A stretch of DNA of 64,000 nucleotides, taken from NCBI RefSeq assembly GCF_037042905.1, contig NC_087245.1, forward strand, positions 24,678,001 through 24,742,000. Reading direction: 5' to 3'. The stretch's first letter is position 1, and every line of letters starts with the position of its first letter. The translations under genes were made by a program, and so were the position numbers. Below the pieces are notes generated by a model. That model was not told the DNA's origin and did no database searches. It worked only from the letters and a program-made list of their open reading frames with translations. Origin of the DNA: Lytechinus pictus (Eukaryota). Shown piece after piece: positions 40,348-49,290 of the stretch.

Positions 40348-43300
40348 CATACATATATACAGTGCGTCCCACAAAAAACGATACCGAGATTTAGCGATGA
40401 TTTATCATAACTTAATCATAAATACAAAAGACAAATGACCTATCAATGTAAAGCTCTTCGTTCATCTGATATTACGTAGGTTATTCCTAATTCACGCGTG
40501 AGTGAGCAAAAACAATTTGAAGAAACGATATCAAAAACTCATTTGGCGGGGGGTATCTGAATTTCAACAAGAAAATCACATGCCTAAAAAGTTCAATATC
40601 TGCTCTTTTATTTGATACCTTAATCACACAAAAATGGTCGAGAAGTAAAAAAGTTATGTTCCCTCGAAACAAGGCTTGTATTTCGGTAATTTCATGAAAT
40701 AAACGTGTTTTCACCGGTTTTCCACAGAAGCTATATCGCAGTGCACGGTTAACAAACGACTTAATGCATGGCTGATCGTCAACAAAACGGAGTGTCGAGT
40801 AAGTTTGAACGCCAGCCTGTAAAAACCTCTTCATTTTATGAATTTATTTAAATTCAAGCCTTATTTCAAATAACCAGAACTTTGTTATTTCTTGACCATT
40901 TTCTGTAATTGAGGTATCAAATTTAAGAGCAGATATTGAACTTTTTAAGAATGTGATTTTCTTTTTGAAATTCAGATACCCCCGCCAAATGAGTTTTTGG
41001 TATCCTTTCTTCAAATTGTTTTTGCTCACTCATGCGTGAATGAGGAATAATCTAAGTAATATCAAATGAAAAAAGAGATTCTAAGCTTTACAATGGTAGG
41101 TCATTCGTCTATTGTATTTGTGATTAAGTTATGATAAATCATTGATAAATCTCGGTTTCGTTTTTTGTGGCACGCACTGTATATATATATATACATTTTC
41201 TTGGGGAGAAAAACAGGGGGTTGCCATATTAAATTATAATTAACTCGTTTATAATTCCACGATATAAAAGCACGCATAATGTGGCTTTGATCTATTATTT
41301 TCTTATTCTAATGGTCGGAAGAACGGAATAAACCATCCGCAAAAAGGTTTATAACGTAATTACTGCAAATAGCATTATTTCTATTATAGAAATCGGAATA
41401 TCCTTAAACTCTCCTGGAAAGGTAATGATAAGACAGATTTTCAAATGTCTTTGTAAAAGAAGAGACTTCTTGTAATAATGAAGATATTCAACCGTTTCTA
41501 TTTACCATTTTGTGTTTTATATTGAACTTCATACATTATTATGTTATCATTTTCCTTTCATTGAATTCATATAGTTGGGTGTTATATACTTTAATTGAGT
41601 GTTCGGTTACGTGTGGAGGAGGTAATCAGACGTTTCAACCAGTTTGTGTTGAGGTAGGTTTATTATCTCTTGCTAGCTTTCCCTCCCTCTCCATCCACCT
41701 CTTTCTCTTCCTCTCTCTTCTCTTCCCCACCCCATTCTCTGTCTTTTTCCTTCTACAACTCTCTATTTATCTTTTATGTATCATTTTGTCTATCCATCCA
41801 TCCATCTATTAATCATCGTCCACGTATTTGCGTAAGAAACAACAACCATCAAAAGTCAATGTGCAGAGCTGACTCATCATATGCATATAGTTGTCAACAT
41901 GATCAATAAAAATTGATTTTCCCCAAATTTGGGGCCCTCCCCTTTCCTTGGGGATACAGACGCTCCCTAAAAATAGGGGATCGAGCCCCCCCCCCCCCCC
42001 CGAGGGCTTTATTTGATTAACAAACCTCTTATTAATGTATGAGGTTTTTATTCATCGGAGAATTTGGATTTTCCAGATTTTGTAGATAATGCCGTAGCTA
42101 TAACGTGCGTGTCTTTTTAATCAGCCGCCACACTCTTTCTTGTTCGGGGCCAAAATAGCCCAGTCTTTTAACGGTTAAAACGGTTCACATACAAAATAAA
42201 TGATTCTGTTTTCAATGTTCAGGAAATCAATGGAACGCGTGTAAACACAAGTGATATCTTCTGTAAAGATTCCCCTGTGCCACCAACCGTCTATGATTGC
42301 AATACTCAGAGATGTCCAGGAGTGTTCTGGTTGATAGGTGATTGGGGTCAGGTGAGTTACCAATAGACACACTGTCGGAAAAAACAGAATATTTTATAGA
42401 ATAAAAAAAACTGATTCTATAGAATAGTTTCTATTATTGTTATAACAGAAAAAAATTATACAATTTTAAAGAACAGGTCTGTTTTAAAAAGGGAAAACAG
42501 TTTATGTTACAATAAATTTGTAAGGTTACATACACCAAATACAAATTTTCTGTTATTTTACACAAATGCATGTAGGATTACACAGTGCAGTAAGATTATA
42601 TAAGTGTTCTCGAGACTCTGCTGCAGGAAGTTTTGTCGTTGCGCCGAACTGAGCAGTCTACTAAAAATGCGTTACAATTAGATTTCTGGTTTTTTTTATT
42701 GCTGTTTGAGCCTAGGCTTGTTTAGCCACAGAAATGATGCACTTTTATTTACTGACAGGTCGGAACGAATTTGACCCCGTTCAAGATTTACATCGACCCC
42801 CCCCCCCCAAGGACATTTATATATGTTCATATACAACGTAGATGAGTTACATAAGCGTATTTAAATCGTATTTTTAAAACCAACTTGTTCCTTTTGATAT
42901 AATATTTCAAGGAGTGCTCTGTGACATGTGGACAAGGCGTCTTCGAGCGTTTCGTTGAGTGTGTAGAAGGATATACCATGGTGGTCAAACCAACCATTGA
43001 CTGCATTGCAGATCTGGGGTATAGACCTAATATCACCTTGCCATGTCCTCTAGGTCCATGTCCTACCGTCATTGCAACCACATTATCAGGTATCCTATCT
43101 ATCAATCAAAGTATTTCATACTTTTAAATCAGGGGAGCTTTTCATCGACATTTTTGTTCGACAAGTTGCCGGATCTGACTACTTTCCTTGATTTTTGGAT
43201 TGCTAAGGGGAAACTCTACAACCACCAATTCCTTTGAAAATGCACGTCAAATCACAGTGGAGAGCTGAGAGGCTTTTGTCTAAAGTTTGTGGACCGGGAC

Positions 43301-44720
43301 AGCATCGAAATCACTTGACTCTGGACAGCGACAAAATTTTATTTGCAACTGTTCGTTCGCTGCAACTCTTCGGATGATCTGCTGTCCCAGTCCGCCAACT
43401 TTCGACAAAAGCCTCACAGCTCTCCATTCAGTTTGATTTTAATTGCATGCATTTTCAAAGGAATCGATGCGTTGTAGTCAGAGTTTCCCCGTAGAAAATA
43501 AGAAAACTGAGAAGCACTGCTATTATGGTAACTGTCAGATAAAAGCCGAACTTGTCGGATAAACTGTCCTATAATTCCTTACATGAAATGCTCCCAAGGT
43601 ATCGGATCACTTCACATCTACTCATGATGCTTGAATGCAAGTTGATACCTCATTCTCCCTCATTCGCTGTAAGCCGCCGTAGTTGGCGTCATCAGATGAA
43701 TTATTAGGAGAAATGCCCAGCCGTCATGGGCGCACGCCTCTTATTATTCCACATCATGCCCATAGATTCATGTTTAATCAGATTTGATAAAAACACCAAC
43801 ATTAAGCTTAATAAATAAAAAAAAATCAATTCTTTCTGAAAAATAAAGTGCTAAATTAACCACTTTCGGTATTACAAGCATAAATGCCTAGCAGTAAAGG
43901 ATACACACTCTGATTATTCATCATCATGTCAATAAATTTATGCGTTATAATTAGATCTGATAAGTCACAGAGAATAATTGTTAATAATTAGAGACTTCAT
44001 ACACTCTAACATAAAGGGCTAAATCCACCCATGTAGGATAACAAGTAGAAATACCCAGACGTAAAGGGTGCACGCCTCTAATCATTTCTCTATCATGCCT
44101 TATATATATATTTATATATATACATGCCTCATGTAATATAAAATGATTTGATAAATACCACACAGAATAAGTGCTGATCGATGGTAGGATTCATACATGA
44201 ATAAATTGTAATTTCAGCACTTTCAGTAGCTCCTATTGTGACTACACACACATGACCTGTTATTCAGCACTTTCGTTGCTAAAATGGTCGTGTGGGGGTT
44301 CACTCAGTTTATTCACATTCTATTACGTTTGCTTGTTTTTGCCCTGTTTAACTCTCCTCTTCAGCCTCAGATATAGTGTGTGAACTCGTACTCCATGCTT
44401 TTAAGTTTACCTTTTTATCAAATATTGTATGTGATTAACTTATTTGTGATCATTTTGTATCTCTAAGATCTAGAATTCGTTCTTCTGTTTCAGATATTAC
44501 AACAGGCACTGAAGGAGAAGCAACTATGTATAGTGACGTAACAATGGAGACAACTAATGAGTCAGACTCGGGTCAAGGAGCAGGAGGATGGCCCGGAGGA
44601 GGAATTCCACCATTTATTTCTTTACCAAATACTGCTTCTTTTAACGAGTACAATGTTTATCTACTACTCACAGCTCTTACAATCAGTGCTCTAACAGCGT
44701 GTTATAAACTTACAATGTGA
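12523..44720 (+). CDS. ADAMTS-family metalloprotease with thrombospondin motifs, 19 exons, 5'-incomplete (signal-peptide exon not identified)
   Basis: Hand-spliced exons 12523-12824, 13724-14018, 16255-16487, 20055-20144, 21540-21688, 22061-22216, 23054-23185, 24076-24244, 25047-25130, 31052-31267, 32210-32330, 32891-33048, 34732-34861, 35683-35763, 37601-37871, 41575-41653, 42223-42351, 42912-43089, 44494-44720. All introns are GT-AG with matching phases, and the frame stays open to TGA at 44718-44720. Canonical ADAMTS domain order. Paralog/ortholog identity not assignable by eye. Confidence 0.93.
13724..14018 (+). CDS. ADAMTS exon: prodomain with RYRR/RTRR sites and Asp-rich tract
   Basis: gacAG acceptor, g|GTAAGT donor; RGLISHDDTDTYIAPL...AHIVYKR continues the CNGL-RG-x-YIxPL-HIVY prodomain motif. 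Confidence 0.88.
14054..14247. mobile_element. Short CAGGGGCCG MITE, 5-bp TSD CCTAT
   Basis: cctat|CAGGGGCCGCGGAA ... TTCCACGGCCCCTG|cctat. Confidence 0.8.
14878..16209. mobile_element. Tc1/mariner-like non-autonomous element with long TIRs, TA flanks
   Basis: ta|CAGTGCGTAT ... ATACGCACAG|ta; arms of about 300 bp are inverted; a partial second copy lies at about 38640-39315. Confidence 0.8.
16255..16487 (+). CDS. ADAMTS exon: acidic linker and start of catalytic domain
   Basis: cccAG acceptor (a second in-frame AG 6 nt downstream), atc|GTAAGT donor; RYIEVFVIIDDKMLRRH...NYTLSIMNI. Confidence 0.88.
16518..19671 (+). mobile_element. tRNA-derived SINE (head 16518-16663, tail 19526-19671) interrupted by a DNA transposon
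   Basis: A-box TGGTCTAGTGG and B-box GGTTCGAATCC, core GGCAAGGCATTT...CCACCCAGGTG...AAATGGGTACC; tail AAGCGCTATAT...(ATT)n. Confidence 0.75.
16664..19525. mobile_element. 2.86-kb non-autonomous DNA transposon, CAG(A/T)CCTTCA TIRs, 7-bp TSD CGTCAAT
   Basis: cgtcaat|CAGACCTTCA ... TGAAGGACTG|cgtcaat; subterminal TGAGGAGC motifs at both ends. Confidence 0.8.
20055..20144 (+). CDS. ADAMTS exon: catalytic domain
   Basis: ttccAG acceptor, acg|GTAACG donor; ISRRYIDPSLKNEIRMAIVKL (DPSL motif). Confidence 0.85.
20490..21100. repeat. (AGT)n/(AGC)n microsatellite interrupted by a MITE
   Basis: Direct inspection. Confidence 0.9.
20770..21049. mobile_element. CAGGGGCGGATC MITE, 5-bp TSD ATAGT; internally deleted relative of 58432-59003
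   Basis: atagt|CAGGGGCGGATCCAG ... CTAGATCCGCTTCTG|atagt; near-identical to both ends of the inverted copy at 58432-59003. Confidence 0.85.
21540..21688 (+). CDS. ADAMTS exon: catalytic domain
   Basis: catacAG acceptor, ag|GTATTT donor; DDVCRWANILNP...HFDNTILMTR. Confidence 0.88.
22061..22216 (+). CDS. ADAMTS exon: first part of zinc-binding motif (not in ORF track)
   Basis: tttacAG acceptor, aa|GTAAGA donor; RDLYTVSGGQKNFGLLGRAPLGTVCRRTDSCNVNEEDGLEAALTVAHELGH. Confidence 0.93.
23054..23185 (+). CDS. ADAMTS exon: end of zinc motif and Met-turn
   Basis: ttttAG acceptor, aa|GTTAGT donor; completes HELGHNLNLYHD, then YVMS Met-turn and WSHCS. Confidence 0.92.
24076..24244 (+). CDS. ADAMTS exon: end of protease domain, start of disintegrin-like domain
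   Basis: tgcAG acceptor, act|GTAAGT donor; SPKAACLLDVP...LAGTKYSRLQQCKKAYG. Confidence 0.9.
25047..25130 (+). CDS. ADAMTS exon: disintegrin-like domain
   Basis: tgccAG acceptor, aag|GTAAAA donor; TCGQLGC...VMEGTSCGEDK. Confidence 0.88.
25139..30469. mobile_element. Foldback/MULE-like element with 15-16-bp GGACAATTACCCCC subterminal arrays, 9-bp TSD GGTAAAATC
   Basis: Array at 25145-25480 and its reverse complement at 30307-30463; TSD at 25130-25138 and 30470-30478. Confidence 0.8.
26608..30290 (-). mobile_element. Decayed L2/CR1-group LINE (APE endonuclease + reverse transcriptase pseudogene)
   Basis: Minus-strand ORF pieces carry APE motifs (LWNCHSL, FLTET, LLGDYNIH, GHTLDLI, SDH) and RT motifs (NYRPVSNLPFLSK, GVPQGSVIGP, YADD, LHWLPV); in-frame stop at QSAYR and frameshifts; 3' end AGCGCTATATAAAT...(ATT)n. 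5' boundary approximate. Confidence 0.93.
30598..30715. repeat. (GAA)n/(GGA)n microsatellite
   Basis: Direct inspection. Confidence 0.9.
31052..31267 (+). CDS. ADAMTS exon: central TSP1 repeat
   Basis: ctgcAG acceptor, aat|GTAAGG donor; WCYSGHC...VDGGWGDW...CSRTCGTGV...CDNPAPRYGGKACEG. Confidence 0.95.
32210..32330 (+). CDS. ADAMTS exon: Cys-rich domain
   Basis: ggtAG acceptor, g|GTAAAA donor; PCPGIESADDYRRRECSKSN...YRTFEW. Confidence 0.85.
32891..33048 (+). CDS. ADAMTS exon: Cys-rich domain
   Basis: gttAG acceptor, aaa|GTGAGA donor; LCILKC...VSGGTKC...CVNNECK. Confidence 0.87.
33395..34478. mobile_element. Non-autonomous DNA element with CAGTCAGAC(T/C)GCAGGTCCC TIRs
   Basis: 19-bp TIRs with one mismatch, TTTT on both flanks; internal inverted pair TTAATCGGGTCAAGATCACACTTTT at about 33788 and 34057. 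Confidence 0.75.
34732..34861 (+). CDS. ADAMTS exon: end of Cys-rich domain
   Basis: catAG acceptor, a|GTAAGT donor; EFGCDGVYGSGKLLDNCGVCDGTGRTC. Confidence 0.92.
34895..35164. mobile_element. hAT-like CAGTGGCGTA MITE (second copy 59746-60045)
   Basis: TIRs CAGTGGCGTA/TACTCCACTG; flanks GTTTCTAC and GTTTTTAC (8 bp, one mismatch). Confidence 0.7.
35683..35763 (+). CDS. ADAMTS exon: spacer domain start
   Basis: ccccaAG acceptor, g|GTGAGT donor; YWRWLEIPVGVIGVNI resembles the spacer Y..V..IP.GA..I.I pattern; phases fit both neighbours. Confidence 0.8.
36150..36980 (+). pseudogene. Degenerate 3' fragment of an L1/Tx1-type LINE ORF2
   Basis: ICNYCDQKGDLMHAFFFCDSVKQFW fits the CxxC...HxxxxC..V..FW zinc-knuckle of L1/Tx1 ORF2; upstream NWKSLW..K motif; frameshifted. 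Confidence 0.65.
37601..37871 (+). CDS. ADAMTS exon: spacer domain
   Basis: ttttcAG acceptor, ta|GTGAGT donor; EKLWILSGPTTKPIFL...NPTIFYEWY (GPT..P and NP.I.YEY-type spacer motifs). Confidence 0.85.
38167..40196 (+). tRNA. Interrupted tRNA-like gene or SINE head (38167-38198 + 40157-40196), UCA anticodon in the best fold
   Basis: Joined 72 nt fold into a full cloverleaf: GTCTCTG/CAGAGAC, GTCT/AGGC, CCGGC/GCTGG with loop GT-TCA-AA, CCGGG-TTCGATT-CCCGG; followed by T6. Non-functional as it stands. Confidence 0.7.
38199..40151. mobile_element. Transib-like non-autonomous transposon: CACAGTG termini, 5-bp TSD CGGCG
   Basis: cggcg|CACAGTGGGCCAG ... CTGGCCCACTGTG|cggcg; second conserved block TGCGCCAAAAC in both TIRs. 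Confidence 0.85.
40360..41179. mobile_element. Tc1/mariner-like MITE with about 300-bp TIRs in a (TA)n tract
   Basis: ta|CAGTGCGTCCCACAAAAAACGA ... TCGTTTTTTGTGGCACGCACTG|ta. Confidence 0.85.
41575..41653 (+). CDS. ADAMTS exon: second TSP1 repeat, first half
   Basis: catatAG acceptor, gag|GTAGGT donor; WVLYTLIECSVTCGGGNQTFQPVCVE. Confidence 0.88.
42223..42351 (+). CDS. ADAMTS exon: second/third TSP1 repeat
   Basis: gttcAG acceptor, cag|GTGAGT donor; DIFCKDSPVPP...CNTQRCP...WLIGDWGQ. Confidence 0.9.
42912..43089 (+). CDS. ADAMTS exon: third TSP1 repeat
   Basis: tandem AAG/GAG acceptor (start 42912 or 42915), g|GTATCC donor; CSVTCGQGVFERFVEC...PCPLGPCP. Confidence 0.88.
43207..43490. mobile_element. 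Palindromic GGGGAAACTCT MITE nested in an older element (about 43132-43595)
   Basis: GGGGAAACTCT...AGAGTTTCCCC and internal GAGAGCTGAGAGGCTTTTGTC/GACAAAAGCCTCACAGCTCTC inverted pair. Confidence 0.65.
44494..44720 (+). CDS. ADAMTS terminal exon: Thr/Ser/Gly-rich stalk and hydrophobic C-terminal tail
   Basis: ttcttctgtttcAG acceptor in the correct phase; DITTGTEGEATMYSDVTMETTNESDSGQGAGGWPGGGIPPFISLPNTASFNEYNVYLLLTALTISALTACYKLTM*. Confidence 0.78.
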
Positions 44721-46388
44721 TCGTAGTGATGCGAAAAGACAAATTCATTGGAAGTATAGATCTTAGATATGAAGCTCCTTTCTATGTAAAGCTCGAAGCG
44801 AGCGTTATCACTGACATTTATTGAACGCTTGATGGAGCTGTTTTGCTGTAAACCTCAGAGTGCATTAGATAGTAACATGTTTCAAAATAATGGTTGTCAT
44901 TGTTTTTTAAAATGGACAAGTAAAGGCCCTGCCTGTCAAAGAAAAGAATGAAAGTATGTAATCAAGAGAAGTTAGAAAAAGGCCATCGAAATAATCGTAT
45001 AAAAATAGGTTGAATGAAAAAACGAAACTATAATGATTTTTTAAAAACAGATCTAGGAAGTCGAAGTTGACTGTCTTCTCCATTAGTTAATTCGTAGTTG
45101 AAAATATTTGAAAAGTTGATAGGCCTGTTATCGAAATGAATTCTTAAGTAAAAAAAATATATAACATACAGTGTTAATATTTATTTCTTTTTCTGAATGA
45201 CTTTGATCAGTTGAAGTAATTAAAAAAAAACAGTGGTTTATTTTTGAAAATCTTTGGCCTCAAAGAGGTAATAAAACGTATAAAGTTCGAATTTAAGTTT
45301 TCGTGTTCATCTTTGCATAGTTGATGAGGTCTAATTGAGGATGGATGTCATACTGCCGTCACATAGAAGAAACCGATTACAAAGCGATCGATGATAATTA
45401 ACTTTGATCGCTCTGTCACTTAGGTATCGGATTTGTTGGTTTGACTGCGACATCACCTCCCCGACTGGAAATAACACAGTGTGCGCCGCAGTGTGTTCAC
45501 AGTGTGGAACACAATGTGAAATCACCTTTACATTGTTAAATTTGAGCATTTCAACAGTGTGAATCACATATTCACTTAGTCGACCATGTGAACACGCTGT
45601 GAACTGTCGAAGTGTTCACAGTGTGAAAATATCTTCACACTGTTGAATTTGAGCATTTTAATAGTGTTAATAATGTTTTCACATAGTTCATTATGTGAAC
45701 ACACTGTGATCATACTGTGTGGCACTGTGTTCTTTTCCGCAGGGATAGCACTACGGTGGCTGGGAGTTTTGAAAAAGTTGGAAAAAGGAAAGAGAGAAAG
45801 GAGAGATCCTGTTTCGAGATATCTATTGTCGAAGACACAAATCAATATTTTTCATAATATGCTTTATGAAATTAATTATAACACGTGCAATTTTCAAGAA
45901 CAAATTTTTTAATCAAATAATTTTAAGATTTTGAATATGAAGAACATCAAACTCTAAGCATGCTCAGATGGAATGGTTCGTAGCGAATAATGATAGTTTC
46001 ATTAATGAGATGAAACTAACTATTTTTGGCAGTTAATATCCTTGGTCCAGCTTGTCATAAAAAACCTGCCAATGTTTGGTTACACGGGGGAGGGGGCAGG
46101 GCGCTTTGGGAGACTCGAGTGAATACTAATCATAATTAAGAGTAATGTATACTGTTCTCACTATACACAGTTGTATTTTTTACCCTCGTCAACAAGCTCC
46201 AATCGTTCTTAAATTGTAAGAGATGGTGTGGGGGCAGCTATCACTACTATTCCAAAACGATGCTGATAACCATATCTGGGCAGCGAGGTGTCTGATTATG
46301 CTCAAATTTTACAGGGAGATGTAGGCCTACAATAATAATTCAGTAACTTTTGGGCGAATCTTTTCCAATCATAGGATGACTTTTGGGC

Positions 46389-46646
46389 TCGGTGTAAAAA
46401 TGGCAGAGGTAAAAATGGCAGAGGTAAAAATGGCAAAGGTAAAAATGGCAGAGGTAAAAATGGCAAAGGTAAAAATGGCAAAGGTAAAAATGGCAGAGGT
46501 AAAAATGGCAAAGGTAAAAATGGCAGAGGTAAAAATGGCAGAGGTAAAAATGGCAGAGGTAAAAATGACAAAGGTAAAAATGGCACAGGAAAAAATGGCA
46601 CAGGTAATAATGGCAAAGGTAAAAATGATAGAGGTATAAATGGTCA

Positions 46647-46683
<37 letters not shown>

Positions 46684-48476
46684 CCCCTCCATGTACAGTA
46701 GATTAAATATGAAAGGTTCTGAGAAGAAATTTGGAATTATAATGTTTGACTAATGGAAAGGGTAACATTTTCAAATGATGCTGTAGATCTTCTACACCAA
46801 ATTGATAACACTTGAGTTGGTATTTCTTATTTTTTCCTGGACTTACATGCACGGTCTTCTCATGTCAAATCGCTCTTCTAATTTTCAAATTTGAAGCACA
46901 CTTTGGATCCCAAGTATTATACTTCATTCATTACAGGAGAAATTCACACTGACATAAAGATTATTGTAGAAATAGCAGAAAATAATTAAAATGATACTGG
47001 TGGGGGTTTTAGGGAATCCATCAAAGATTTAAAAAGCTGTTAGAATTTTACATCTAAACGGTGACGTCATTTGCGAGCAGTTTTCCCTCATATGGGGCCT
47101 GTTGCATAAAACTTTTTACCTGAGAAAACTCTGGTAAAAACTGAAAACTAAGGTTAGTCTGATTTCTGCCATTGACTTTAACACAGGGCAAAAACTCCGG
47201 TAAAAACAACCTGAGTTTTCTCAGGTAAAAATTTTTATGCAACGGGCCCATGGTGTATTAAAAAATATCAATGAAATCCGCACCTGAAATATTTTTTTTA
47301 GCAATCATTAACCACTGATTAAAATTTTGAAAAGTATACATTTTGGTGCATTAAATACGGGGCAGCTGCTAATATATGACGTCACAGATCATAAAAACTC
47401 AAACTTCTAATAACTATCTTAATCTTTGATGGGCTTGCCGCAAACTACCACCAATATATTTTTCTGCTAATTTTACAGTAAACCATTTGTCAGGGTGAAT
47501 TTCCCCTTCAAAACAGGTCGATAGAATGGTACCTAAGAAACACCTAAAAATTCAAATCCCTGATTCGCTACACATTTCAAAATTAATGCGGTAACCGTTA
47601 CCATAGAAACTAGGTTAGGAACCTGACATCCACTTGGACTAGGTGCAATGAGGTATTGCTCTGAAAAACTGAACACTAGTTGCTATTATTATATAATTTA
47701 CATTAAACTATATACGTAACATATCAATATCTATTCGGATCCATTATGATGTTGAAATATGAAAAATTGCTTTTATTGCAGAACGTTTTGTTATTTTTCT
47801 GTTATCCAAGTTATGCCAGTGGTTCAAAGAAATTCCGAACTTGTCTATTTCAGTGTGTTAATGGTAGCGCACATTGGTCTTTACATTAAAATTTGTTGGT
47901 TATGTATGGGATGAAGTGCTGTTCTACTATACGAACTGGCCAAGATAAATACTTTCATCAATCACTAATTGAAATTATTTTGGCATGAAATAGTTTGAGT
48001 TTGATCATATCGACGATAAAGTATAGACCTAAAATGATGACAGAAAAATCCATATAATATCTGATCAGTTCATAATACTCCTTTCGTCGAGAGGAGTCCA
48101 TTCAAGTTCAATAACTATGACTGATATTAACCGAAAAGTTTCTGTTTTTTCATTGTTGATGTAGCATATCATGATCTTTACCTCTGCCATTTTTACCTCT
48201 GCCATATTTACCTCTGCCATTATTACCTCTGCCATTTTTACCTCTGCCATTTTTACCTCTGCCATTTTTACCTCTGCCATTTTTACCTCTGCCATTTTTA
48301 CCTCTGCCATTTTTACCTCTGCCATTTTTACCTCTGCCATTTTTACCTCTGCCATTTTTAACTCTGCCATTATTACCTCTGCCATTTTTACCTCTGCCAT
48401 TTTTACCTCTGCCATTTTTACCTCTGCCATTATTACCTCTGCCATTATTACCTCTGTCATTTTTACCCGGCACCGA
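46389..48476. mobile_element. Foldback/MULE-like element with 15-bp GGTAAAAATGGCAGA subterminal arrays, about 9-bp TSD
   Basis: Arrays at 46394-46645 and inverted at 48177-48468; ends TCGGTG/CACCGA; flanks CTTTTGGGC and CTTTTGCGC. Confidence 0.85.
47095..47249. mobile_element. PIF/Harbinger-like MITE, 3-bp TSD ATG
   Basis: atg|GGGCCTGTTGCATAAAA ... TTTTATGCAACGGGCCC|atg. Confidence 0.75.
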
Positions 48477-48734
48477 CTTTTGCGCACGTCGCTCACTTCA
48501 CTCGCTTGTATATAGAAGCATACAGATTTCATTGGTATAGCTATTTCAAATTCTACCAATTTGTAGCTTTTCTCATTTCATTTTTAGACGATTTAGTTCA
48601 TAGTCAGCGATTTGGGACACATGAAAAAGTGCAGTATCAGTATATAGTAGCAACAACAATGACGATGATAATAAAAACACTGACAACAATTATGATAATG
48701 ATAACATTAATAGAAATCGTATTGATAATAATTA

Positions 48735-48900
48735 CACTGTAAAAAATGAGGTGCTAATTTAGCACTTACAGTGCTTGTATAGTGACTGCACTACGAGTGC
48801 TGATTTTCTAGTTCAAATTTAAACTAGAAAATCAGCACTCGTAGTGCAGTCACTATACAAGCACTGTAAGTGGTAAATTAGCACTTCATTTTTTACAGTG
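48735..48900. mobile_element. 166-bp near-perfect palindromic MITE, CACTGTAAAAAA termini, TA flanks
   Basis: The whole element folds back on itself with only a few mismatches. Confidence 0.88.
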
Positions 48901-49133
48901 TATAATTACAATAATAATGATAAACTATAGTGATATTACTGCTGCTGCTGCTATACTACTACTACTACTAAAAATGATAACAATAATAATAATAATGATG
49001 ATGACAACCGTATAAATAAACATAATGATAGTGATTGATAAGTTTTTAATTCTAGGATCTAAAACTAGATATAAGCATAGTGACAATTACACTGAAATTT
49101 CAGATTAAGTAAGTAAATACAACAAGTGACCAG

Positions 49134-49290
49134 GGTCTCGTAACACAAAGGTTAGCGATTAATCGCTCATTTCAAAGAACAATTTTGATTGCTTCCTAAT
49201 CAGGCTACAGAGTAAAATGCGCATGCAACGATAATCTTAATAGGCCGTTTAATTTAGCGATCAATCGCTAACCTTTGTGTTACCGGGACC
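49134..49290. mobile_element. Short MITE with TAACACAAAGGTTAGCGAT inverted ends
   Basis: About 35-bp inverted repeats; TSD not clean. Confidence 0.65.

Noticed and set aside
45270..45275. AATAAA as the ADAMTS polyadenylation signal
   Set aside because: Hexamer is too common in this AT-rich DNA to assign without transcript data
46302..48559. KMAEV / PFLPL / KNGRG / IFTSA pentapeptide ORFs
   Set aside because: Open in several frames and strands because they are 15-bp subterminal repeats of one element
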